A stretch of 64,000 bases of DNA from Moniliella sp. 'wahieum' (taxonomy: Eukaryota). The notes beneath the pieces are model-generated. The model was given only the letters and a program-made list of their open reading frames with translations, did no database searches and had not been told where the DNA came from. The position numbers and the translations under genes were made by a program. The stretch covers positions 558,001-622,000 of the forward strand of contig RSEE01000030.1 of assembly GCA_003971905.1 (NCBI GenBank), read 5' to 3'. Of this stretch, positions 31,573 to 43,214 are shown one piece after another. How positions within the stretch are numbered: position 1 is the first letter of the stretch; the number at the start of each line of letters is the position of its first letter.

Positions 31573-32981
31573 GCAGCCGAATGCCCTCGTCGGCGTTCAG
31601 CGGCTAGCCGTGAGGCTCACGCAGTTTAACGTTGAAAACTGAAAGAAACCCTCGCAGCGTGTACTCAAAGCCCCCAGCACCTGGGCACTGTGCGTGCGGG
31701 ACGTTTGCGCGACGCGTCTGGGCCAGCGGGACGCGTGATTGGGAATTGCATCGCGTCCCGGGTATCATCGATCATCGATCATCAAACATCCCTCCGAGCT
31801 GGCGTCCTCTTCAAGTTTCAAGCTGCCTCCAGGTCCTGGTCCCTCTCGCTTCGCCGGCACTCGATTACGTACGCAGACTTGCTCCACACGTGACTTGTGA
31901 TATCTCACGTGATAGTAGCGCGCGAAGCTATCAGAAGGCGTGTGGGCTGGTACGGGCCCCGGGGAAGCCCGAGTGGCTTGTCCAGGCGATCAGAGACATG
32001 AGGCACTTCCAGGCACGCCACTTGGCGAGAAGCAATGGTTAATGGCCGACAGTCTAGTACGTCAGCATCAGATCTAAGATTCCAAGAGTAAACGTTAAAC
32101 ACTGGCCAGCTGAGAGGCAGAGGCTGTGCCTCCGCACGAGCAGGCTCTCAGCGCCAGCATTGAGAATTCAGATCAACAGCCCACATTCGATGGGCGAACA
32201 AGTACTGGTTCGGATGTGCCGTCGATGCGTGTGCTCGAAGATCGATGAGGCCGATGAGGGCCCGACCCCCAACCCAGGCCTATTGCAGGCTTGCAAGAGG
32301 TAAGGCCATCCGACTCAGTCAGTCCACCGCAGCGTCACAGAGAACTCGACACACAGCGTATCTCTGTTCCAATCTCTATATGGCCCACTTCTACCACAAG
32401 CTGCCACAGGGCCATTAACCATTATTCATCATGACCCATCCGTCCGCTTTGTGAGAATCGTCATCATCTCTCTTTTCCACCTCGTCAACCACACAGGTTG
32501 CCCCACACTAGTGAGTACGCGGCCATATTGCGCACCAAGAACAACATCATCCACACCACACGCACACACAGCGGACAGATGATGGCACTGTGTGGAATGC
32601 TACACTGGTATTAAAACGGTCTCTCTTCAAGTTGACACTCCCTTTTCTTTTCCTCAGACTCTGGTCACCTACAACCCTCTCCTACACCAACCCTTCTCAC
32701 CTCGCACCCTTCAACACCCTCCTGGTTGTGTTGCACCCAACTCGCCAACAAACCGCTACAAAGACATGGGAAACAAAACCGCCAGAACGCCAACAGCCAA
32801 CAGGTCGAGTCCACGGCGGCTCCCAAACAGGTATGGCAATAGCCTAGCTCCCTTGCCCTCTACGCTTATCTAACTCCCAATCCCTTTCTTCATCAGGCCG
32901 GTGGTGTTTTGTTCCAGTCGGCTGAGCCCGTGCTAGCTGCGACTGCAAAGCAGGTACGCTTGCCCACGTGACGTCTAAACC

Positions 32982-34039
32982 ATGGACGCACGAGGCATGG
33001 GAGCGTGCCAGAGGGTGATGGAACAGCGACAAAAGCTGGAAGATCGTCACTGGACCCAAGCAGATACTTGCGCACCGAGCTGTTTGCGTTGCGAAAACCT
33101 GCGTCGTCTTCGGCCGACACGGAGGATGGGTACATTTACATTCACATGCCGCGCAAATGGATTGACTTTATTCGCTCTGGCAAGACCGACGAGGACCTTG
33201 CAACGGAGGAAGCAGCCAAGGGTCACCGCCACCAGCGTGTCCAGCACAGGCGTCATGCGCCTTCGTACGAGATGGCTTCTTCGGAGATTTGGCCCGTCCG
33301 AGTGGAGCAGTCGGAGGAGCACCCCGCCACTGTAGTGCTCGATACCGACGAGGCATTGGAGAACATGCTGTACCTTCTATGTGTCTTCAACCTGGTCTGG
33401 TCGTCTGCATGCCGAGCGCACCAACGTCGTCCAGCCGCTCACAACAGGTCGACGTGCATCGGGAAGACGATGCTCCCTCTATCCGGATTCGCGCCATGGT
33501 CGCCGACCAGGAGTCGTATGTCCGCCTCTCCCACCTAGCTATTGGGTCAAGCGCAATGCTCAGCAACTGCTCACCATCTTGGGCCAAGGAGAGTACGAGG
33601 CAACGTTAGCGGCAAGTCAGGACCCCGCCCGTTCCACTCAACGCACAGTGACCAACGTCACGGATCGTGCGTGGGAAGAAGCATTGCCGTCCGAGCCCAA
33701 GAAGGACAAGAAAAGAGTCAAGAAAGCACAAACGCCCTTCGTCGGCAATGCAGGATGCTGCCCTGCTTGCCGCTCTCGCCGCTTGACCAGCTCCGACTCA
33801 TACCTCACACAGTACTCGTGCGGCCCATCTCGCTTTTTGGTCGGCATCTCCTCTCGGTATTATTACGACAGAGAGTGGCACAAGGTGAACTATTTACAAT
33901 GCTGTGGCTTCCCAAGTCACAATCTCAACCCCCTGTTCTGATGCTCCTCCCACGAACCTCTTCGCCAAAAGAAGTACGACCACACACGGACTATGCATTG
34001 ATTTCTTTTCCAAAACATATACTACTGCAGTGTGTATAG
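32982..34039 (+). CDS. Hypothetical protein (chain of overlapping ORFs, frameshifted)
   Basis: Consecutive protein-like ORFs 33005-33538, 33381-33941 and 33542-34039 (RYLRTELFALRK, YIYIHMPRKWIDFIR, YWVKRNAQQLL, ISFPKHILLQCV*). No family recognised. Confidence 0.45.
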
Positions 34040-34599
34040 CAGAGATTACTTGATGGCTTACTCCACCTTATTGTTTTGGACTGTTGAGATGTAAGACAGT
34101 TGAGACTGCGCGCCTTGATCAGAAACCCCCCGAAAGAAAACTTAAGCCGCTCCGCCTCATCATGCCGGTTCGCCCAATAACCGTACTCACGAGCGAGCAA
34201 TAGATACGGGCGCGAGAGGAGGTACCGATTACCTGTCCATGTGTAACTACGTCTATACCCACTCCCACCACCGTGCGTTCGGTTGCCACAAAGCCATCCA
34301 TAAATATCCAGCAAAGTACAGTGCCTACTGGCAGCGAGCGGGGGAGCAGAGGCACAAGCCTAGGTAATGCAATGAGCAGTGACACAGTCTAAGTAGGGCA
34401 AGTCTTTTCAGGAGAGGGTGAGAGAGTGGAGCAAGTTATACAAGTTATACAGGGGGAATAGTATAGTACAGAGCAGAAGCCGACAAGCCCGGCCGCGGTG
34501 GTGAATGTGCCAGAGCGAAGGAGGAGCGTGGGCGCTTGTCATACTCGTCGTGTGCAATCGACGGCCCAGACACCCTTCTGCGAACAGGAACGAGATTAT

Positions 34600-37500
34600 T
34601 CAGTGTGGTGCACTCGGTGCCAACCCGAGCAGATCCATCGCGGGTTGCAAGCCGCCGGCAGTGGACGTGCCAGCTGCAGCTCCGGGAGCTCTAGGCCTAC
34701 CAACGGCGGGAAAAGGGTACCCACTTTGCATCCCATTCATCCCGTTCATCCCGTTCGTCCCGTTCGTCCCGTTCATCCCCATCAGCTGGTTCATCGGGGA
34801 GGCCCAGGTGGAAGAAAGTCCAGTACCTGGTACAGCCTGCAGCGCCGTAGACACTGGCCCTGTCCCCGCTCGCCTGCCCGAGTGCGGAAGAGGCAGCAGC
34901 ATCCCCGTCCTTTCCCCAGCACTTTCCCCAGCACCACACCACCACCACCACCTTCACCAGGACTGGGCGCACCAAACACGCCTGGCACATGACCCTGCGC
35001 ATGCAGACTCACATCCAACAAGAATCCCAGTCCACCACGCATCAGCGGCTCGTACGCCGCCGACCGCGGTGGTGGGCTGGGCAGGGCAAAGCCCGATGCA
35101 AGCGCTGGCGGCACTGATGGCGGCACTGATTGCGGCTGGGCAGTAGGCGACGCTGATGACGGTCCAGTGGCCGAGGCGCGTGGGGCCAAAATGGCCCGGT
35201 GGAGGTACCGGTGCGGCAGAGTAGGAGCGATCGGGCAGCGACGGGGCTGCATAGCCAGGTGCTGGGTAGGGTTTAGGAGGCGAGGGGTGCGGGACGCCAC
35301 TCCCACTCCCACTCCCACTCCCACTCCCCACGGCGGGAGGGGGAGGGAGCTGTCGCGTGGTCACAGTCGGCGCTGAACCGGGACGAAGGGTGGTGGGGGT
35401 TGCGTGTGCTGTAGGTGCTGATGCTGGTGCTGGTGTTGGTGCACCTGCGGAGGGACCGCGGTGCTTGGGTTTACTCCGGTCGGCCGGAGCGGGGGCACGG
35501 TGGCGCTTTTTGATCACGTCCGTTTTCATGCTGAGCGGTCGATTGTGCTGGTGCAGTTTGTAAAACAGGCCACAGGCGTTGCACAGCGGATGACCTTGCG
35601 GGTCGCGGCGCCAGAGCGGCGTCTTGCTCGTGTGGCAGTTGGAACAGTGCATCCCGGCTTGGTCTTTGTTCGTGCCGCCGCTACTGGGAGCACTGGGAGC
35701 AGGGGGGCAGTCAAACTCGCTCGTCGACTGGGGGCACGGTGCGGGACAGCCGGTGCGCTCGTGCTCGTGCTACTGCCCGTTCCCGCGCCCGTTCCCGTGC
35801 TCGCACCCGCTCCATCACCACTAGGTACCGCCTTGGTTTCGTCCGGCGTGCCTGGCACCGAGGCTGGACCCGACCCAATCGGGCCAGAGGAAGAAAAGGG
35901 CGCAAAGCGGGACGGGTCGTGCGACTGCGATTTGGCCGCCAGACAGCCCGCGCTGGACCGGACCGCTTCCCCTGCTCCCGAGCCATTGGCGGTCCCAGTG
36001 GAGAGCGTCTGGCGTTCTTCGCTCCAGCTCAAAGCAGGAAAAGGGGAAGCGTCAGAACGGAGCGCGTCGGCGTTGCCGTTGATGAACATGTTCATCAAGG
36101 CTTGCATCTCCCCTCCTGCCGACACGGGACGCTCAGGGGGACTGGGGCGCGAAGGTGCTGCTTTGGTATACAAGAACCCGTTCTCCTCGGTAGCTTTGTG
36201 GGCCGGTGGAGGTGCAGATGCCTGCTCCCCTGGGGAGGAAGGATGAGCCAACGCATCAAACAAAGCGGCCGGTGCCGCATCGGGCCGAGTGGCTTTCTCG
36301 GCCTGTACACACGCCGGATCCGGGGCAGGAAGCGCAAAGTCAAATGCCGGAGCGACCGTGGTGCAAGTCGAGGTAACTGCATCGCGTCCGTTTCCTTCCG
36401 CCTCGGCCTCGAGGCAAGTGGGCCAGCGACTCAATCCCCTAGCTACCCGTTCGTCGGGCGAAGCACCCTTCCTAGCGCGCGAAGGGGGGGTGCCGCCCCG
36501 CTGCATCTCCCTCCTTCCTTAGTAGAGGCAGGTACAGCCAACGATGAACTTGCTCTTGGACCGAGCCCGCGCCAATCCATCTTCCTCAACTTGGCTGGCG
36601 GCGCAGGGCCGCGCGAAAGGGACCGTTGCTCGCGCATCTTGTGATCAAAGCTGGTTTTGCGCACCACGCGAGGCAGAAACCCGTACTCGGGATCTTGGTT
36701 CACTGTCGCACCCACATAATCCCCCAGCCCCGCCACGCTGCCCAACAGGCACGCTGGCGCACCCAGGGCTTGGGCAGGGCCCATGCCCAGCTCTTCCAAC
36801 GTCCACTCGGCCATCGACTCCAGCCCCGGTAAGCGGCGCTGCGCTGCCTCCGTATCTCTCTCTGTCTCTGTCTCCGCCGAGACCGAGGCCAGTGTCAGTT
36901 GCGACTGCGCCGCAGCTGTGGCCAACTGGGCTGCGGCTGCCGAGACGGCTGCTTCCCACTCGGGCGTGTTAGGGTCCAATCCTTGAGCCGCTGCGCGCGC
37001 GGCCGCAGTGGCCAAGGTAGCGGCAGCAACAGCGGTGGCAGCAGAGGTGGCAGCAGCGGTGGTAGGCGCCTCCGTTACCGCGCCTGGCCAAGCCCTCGTC
37101 CTGGGGCGAGAATAGGAAGGGGCAAACAAATCGATGTGCACGGCGGCACGAAAGCGTTGCTTGAGCAGTTCATGCCGCCTTGCTCGGTCCCGCTCTTGCG
37201 TGGGATTGAGAGCGGGGGCGGCGACGGGAGCGGGGACGGTCGAGGTAGGCGAGATAGCTGGATCCGACCCTCCTACCTGCTTGTCCTCTGCCACGTTGTC
37301 CAGCCCCCCCGCGAGGAAAGAAGGGATGGTCGGGGTCGTACATCGCGGCCAAGTCGGTGGGATGGCGAGCGCGCGAGATGGAGCGGGCGGCGCGGGTGCC
37401 ATGCCAGTCCATTGTGGATACACTACGGGAACGAGAGCGGGACGTGGACGTGGTCTGCCATTCCATCGTCTCCTCTTGGGCCGCGGGTGGGCCCGGGGTC

Positions 37501-39083
37501 AAAGGGAGGCTGTTAGGGACAGAAAACGTTACTCCTACCCCACGTGGAAAAGGAGCAGGCATAGGAGCAGGAGCAGAAGCCGAAGCAGAAGCAGGAGCAG
37601 AAGCAGCAGAAGCAGAGAAGCAGGAGCAGAAGCAGAAGCAGAAGCAGGAGCTAGACCAACAGCAGGAGGGGCGTGGGTAACTTGGGATTGTTCTCCTGGA
37701 CCGGGGCGGCACGGACGCGCTCTGTGTGTCGCGAGCGGTGCGAAAGCTACGGCGCTCGTGGTTCGTCCGTGGTCGAGGCCAGGGCGACAGGCGAAGCTAC
37801 CGCCCTGGTCCTTATTGGGTCCTTGGGATGCCCAGCGCCAGCGGGCGAGAACGCCGAGGAGTCGGGGATGTCGTGTATGAGCCGTCTGGCCTGGGACTAG
37901 GTCCAGGAAAAGATAGATCCCTAGAATCATGAATGGAGGCGATTGAATTCCCTCGTTGAGAACCGGTCTTGGACTTGCGCAGAGACATCATCATCATGCG
38001 CCAGCAGTCAAGTTCTGGTGCGCGGAAGCACAATGTCAGTGTCCGTGCTCGGCTCGGATTGGGCGTGATCGAGGATCCAGCCAAAGGAAATCCAACAACA
38101 GTGCATACCTCCATTCGGCTCTTGTTGGCCAGTTGAGACTTTTGGTGAGTGTACAAGCGCCACACCTTGTAGGTAAGTGGATCGTCGCGTGTCATCTGTT
38201 CAATATCCTCCTCCTCATCCAGTCCCTCCAGTATCTCACGAGCGTCCGAGACAGCGCCCCCGGCACCTGAAGTGAACTGCCCCTCTCGCCCAGAGAGCTG
38301 GGCTGTAGGGCCCGACGCCAAGGCAGGCTGCGATGCAGGGGAGATCATCGCCGATGGAGCGGGGGGCGTCGTCGGTGGAGGAAGACCGCTCGCGGGTGCA
38401 GTAGGGGAGGGAGCCAGCGCAGCCAAGGCAGCTGCCAAAGCGTCATGAGGCAGCGCGACCCAATTGACTGTTTGTCCCGCCCACTCAGGCAGGGCGGACG
38501 TCGATGTCTCCCCCGTGTGCGGCCGAGGGGGCAGGCGGGTAGGCGGGAAGGAGCGCTACGGACCGGGAGGCAATGCCCGGGTTGGCGTACTGGCCTGGGG
38601 CGGATACCGATGCAAGTGGTGCACGGCGAGCCCGGGTTCGGCCACGTGAAGGCACGTCGGCGGGTGCACGGTGGTACTGGCTGTGCCAGGGGACGTCTCT
38701 GCCTCGGCGAAGGCGAGCCAAAGCCCATGTCCTACCCATGCCCATGCTCGATGGGTGTGGGGTGCGGCGGCAGTACGGGGCTGCGGAGCAGGTACGGCCG
38801 ATGCGCCCGGGGTGTGGCCGGGAAGACGGGCGCAAGCATCTGCATGTTGCGGCGCATCGCTTGGGCGGTCGCGGCTGCTGCCCAAGCGGGGTTGGAGTAG
38901 GGCGAGGCGACACAGGGTTGCTGTGGGGAGGAGCTGTGGGGGCGTGCTGGGCGGTGGCTGAGCAGCTGGGGGGGCGATAGCAGCCGAGGCGCTGTGCTGG
39001 AGGAGCGCCGCGATCGCTGCCGCCGCGGCGGAGGCAGATGAGGTGTGGGGTGGAGCATCCATGCCGGGCGGCGACGACGACAT
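34600..39083 (-). CDS. areA: AreA/Nit2-like GATA zinc-finger nitrogen regulator; intron ~38010-38108; many frameshifts; ends approximate
   Basis: [26 protein letters not shown]|..[10 protein letters not shown] (AreA N-terminal DUF1752-like), VVRKTSFD, and GATA finger [50 protein letters not shown] at ~35500-35650. Confidence 0.88.
34729..34783 (+). repeat. Coding 9-bp minisatellite (CATCCCGTT/CGTCCCGTT) encoding (M/T)NG repeats in the GATA factor
   Basis: catcccattcatcccgttcatcccgttcgtcccgttcgtcccgttcatccccatc; reverse strand reads [19 protein letters not shown]. Confidence 0.8.
37553..37651 (+). repeat. Degenerate hexanucleotide repeat (GCAGAA/GCAGGA) inside the GATA factor gene
   Basis: gagcaggcataggagcaggagcagaagccgaagcagaagcaggagcagaagcagcagaagcagagaagcaggagcagaagcagaagcagaagcaggagc; likely encodes an Ala/Ser/Pro tract. 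Confidence 0.75.
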
Positions 39084-42000
39084 GGGGGGGGGAGGGGGGC
39101 GGAGAGACGAGGGGCGGTGGGCAAGGGCGAAGGAGTGCAGGAGCGGTGGTGGAGGCGAGAGTATATAGTGGGCACGTATATTGATTGCACGGCCAAGTCG
39201 GCTGCCTCCGACGGAACGGGGCGGGGCCCTTCTGCTCCGCTGTGGCTCGGGCTCACTGCCGCAGTGCTGAGACGCAGCACTCAGGCGTGTGTGCTCGCCT
39301 CAGCAGCCTGTGCGCTGGGCAGCTGCGGGAACTGAGCACCAGTGTATCCAGCAGATCCCAGAGGACGCGAATGAGTGGGCGCACTCAGTCCCAGGTAGGA
39401 CACCTCGTTGGGTCAGACTCTGTCCAAGTATGCGCACTCAATGAGTACATCCTCGGCCACATCATCCATCGGCGTGCATCATGCTCCTCCTGAGTGGAGT
39501 AGCCCAGCAAAGTTCACTTGATCATGCATCATGCACCATGCACTCCCACCCCCACGCTGATTGCATGACGTCCCTGACATGTGGCATGCGCCTGGAGTGA
39601 CATGTGACAGGTAGCTGTGGACATGTGCATGCTGGCCAGAGCTTATTCTAGTGCTATCTGCCCACGCATCAAACAAAGTCACCGATGCCTGCTGCTGGGT
39701 ACGCGTGATGGTGGGCTTGCCCTGGGTACGGCCTTGGCAAGGCCTAGCAAATTAAGCCCAAGCAAGGTCTGCGTCGCCAGCGGGCTGCAGCCGAGCTCCG
39801 ATTCATGTCTTCCAGTGTTCAAGTACGTTCAACGTTCCAATTCTGCTGGACGAACGTTGAACGTTCATTGAACGATCAAGGCCTCAAGCTGCTCAGCCTG
39901 AGCGGCTCATCGCTCAGTGTATTCAATGCGGTCAATAGTTGGCACAGCCCGTGGAGTGTTCCTGCCTGTTCCTTACTTCCTCCCTCACGCGGTACCCAAG
40001 CCGGGGCAAGCAAACGCAAGAAAGATTCCTGGGCCAGCAGCGCGTCAGGTACGGCATGTCCCAGCGCAAGCCGATTGGTGCCCAACGCGCCCAACTCGCG
40101 TCCTTTGTTCTCAGCAAACATATGTGTGTTGTGGGTCTACCGTGCGGGGGAAGGGGCGAGGAGGGAGAGAGAGACAAGATCCGGGGAAACATAACCAGTA
40201 ACTGTTCTGCCTTTTACCACCTCAGATCACACCGCTCCTTGAGGAGACCTCTCTCCTTCTTTTGCCCCACGGGCCCATATGTGTGCCTTTCTTCGAGAGA
40301 GCTCGTTTATTTGGGATCTTCCTCGGGCTGTTTGGAAGGGGTGTAACATGTAACATGTAACAGGTTGCTGTACTGAACGTACTGATGAACGAGGCCTGAG
40401 GGTCCGAAGCTATGTAGGAATCCGAGTGGAACACTGTATGTGCCCTCGCAAGCCCTCCCATGTATGCCAGTCGGCACGCCGGCAAGCTGGGCAGACCACG
40501 TGATCGAGGCTTCCGGGGCGGGCGATTCAAAACCTGCCATCGCCATGCTCAGCCTGAGTGCTGAGACTCAGCAAAGTGGACTGCATGGTGGTACTTACGT
40601 CTCTCTTCAGAGTGCCACACGTGGTCAGAGCTAAATGCGACATTGAAGCCTAGACCGTGGATTGTCGAGAAAAGAAAACAGGGGTGGGGGGCCGGGGACC
40701 ACAGAGGCCGTTACGCATTCAATACCATGGGTTTGCTGGGGTGTCTCAAGCGTCAAGTCCGAGTCTCCTTCAATTATTTGGGGACATATAATTGTTGTCT
40801 TTTCTTCGGGCTCGCTTCCGGTCCAGCCGCTCTGGCTCCCTGACCTGGTGCCAAGCCCACCATCCCTGTCTTTGCTGTACCTAAGCCACTTTGTAGAAGG
40901 ACGTTTGATGGTCTGTGGAGGCTTTGACGTTCTTCCCCCCTTTGATTCAAAACATATACGAAGATTCTCCTCGGGCAACACGGGAATTCTTCCGCATCAT
41001 CTCCCGTCGTTGATGAGATGAAATCCGCCCATCCTGCATGATCATGTAACGGGAGATGGAGATGGGGGAAAGGACAAGGATCATATTCATCGAGTGGAAA
41101 GGGGGCGAGGTATATACGCCTCGGAGAAGAAGAGAACATGCGAGCTAAATCACATGGAGGGAAAGAGGGAGTACAATCCAAAGGGGGAAACAGGGTCTAG
41201 AACAAATCAAAGGGGGCCAGACAACTTGGTGACAGAAAACGTGATCAGTGAGTCTGATCCCGACATCATGCTTTGAGCGTTCGTCGAACTGTGCCCTCCC
41301 GACGTGAATGAGAGGAACACATATACTGGGTGAGGGTTACCTATCCACCCCCCCATCCGTCTCAACTCCATTTACTGTATGCATTCAGGAATTAAAGCGT
41401 CGATCTCGGCGAGCACCTCTTCTAGAGTCGAATCTCCACCTCCATGGAGCGAAGCAGATGTAGCGAAATTGAGTATTCGTCCGAGAGCACAGCATACCGC
41501 TGAAGTACACGGTGTCCTTGAAAAGGAATACCATTGGACTCTGATGGGATGTCCTCTCCTTTTCGCGCACTTTGACCCCAAGCCTCATCCGGCGACAAGC
41601 GTCATCGCCCACGCACAACTAAAAGTTGCCACGACCTCGAACCTCTCTGTCCTCGATTCCAGTCCGTGTGGTCCCATTCGATGTAATACCTACACTTGTG
41701 CAGGCTTGCTGAGGAAGAGACTGAGTCTTCATCCATAATATTCCCTGCGCCAACCAGTACGGTAATGCCTGTTGTTCGTCCGTGCAAGTATGCGGTGACA
41801 AGGTGCGTCTCTGCCCCAGTCTTCCTCCGGGTGCAAACCTTTTCTCACCTCGGCCAAGATGCGAGGAAGGCAGCGGCCTTCCTGCCTGTCGGACGCTCTT
41901 GGTAGCGGGGAGCACACCATCCCGCTCCCACTTGGAGCAAACCTATACAACTATGGGTGGCGGTACCACATATCTACCCTCGCAAAGAAAGATGACGATG

Positions 42001-43214
42001 GGCGTACGGTGCAGCACGGTGGTGGTGAAGCTGCGGTGGTGCACACGCAGCGGTGAAAGCAGTTTTACACAGTGAGAGACCCCCAACTGAGGGGGAGGCG
42101 CAAGAGAAACACCAGAGGGCTTGATCAAAAAGCTGTTTCGTCAACAAAGCCAGTACCTCAACTCCACCTAGACGAGGGGGCAGATCCTTCCCCCTGCCTT
42201 ACCTGGAAGGACATAGTGACAACATATCAACGTACTGATCACAACTACAAAAAAGCAAATGGACGCAACGGTCGTGTACAACTTCTCGTTCTTTGTCTAG
42301 TTGAAACCCTCCGCCTCCACGCACCCCCTCTGAACTGTTCGGCTGTCGTGAGTGGGAGGCACTTGTCGTGTATGATGCCAGAAGCCTGTTTCTATATCTA
42401 GATGGGATGACGAAGGAGGAAATACCCATTGCGTACTATAGTATGCAATCTTTAGTTGTCTCTCGCAAGGATAGGCATGAGAAGAGGCCCATCTTGATGC
42501 ATGTTGGGGAAGAGGATGCATCAACCTGATCTGTGTGACTAGATGGCTCTTCTCTCCATACTACCATGGCTGCATCTTTTCAGGCGCCGAAGCAGGAAGG
42601 AAGCTGGAAGCGAGATGGAGCGTGAGATCTGAGAGCAAAGTTAGGTGACACGCGTGACGGGGGGGGGGGACATGTGGGAGCCGGTGATTTGGCGATGGCC
42701 CGCCAGCATGAACGTTCAAGCGGCGTTCGGCTCCCAGGGTTAGGTGAGCGTCGGGAGTATGCAAGGGCATGCATGCATGCACATGCGCGGTGGGCGGCGG
42801 CGGGGGGCATGTGACATGTGACATGGACATGTGACATGTGATGCATGATGCATGATGCATGATGCTGATGCGCTGGCTGCGTGGGGCGTGTGGCGAGGGT
42901 GCTGGTGTGGTGCACTCGTGGCGCCGCCTGGCTGCACGCACGGGGGCGCATCCAGCATGCGGCACGGGCCCGCCCGGGGGCAGTGTGCTGCCCGGTTTGT
43001 TCTGGCGGAACTGGTGGTGCTGACTTGGAGCTGGGAGACGCAGGCGTCGGGAGCTCTCCATACGAGCAGTCCTAGTCAGGCAACCGGGACCGGTGAGGCT
43101 CACTAGCTTCCCTGGCCGCCGGTCCAGGTTCTGCGCCGTATCACCGGTGCCAATGTGACTTGGCCAGGCACCTCCACTCCCCCTCGTCGCCCCTCGTCCC
43201 CCGGGTGCCGACGG

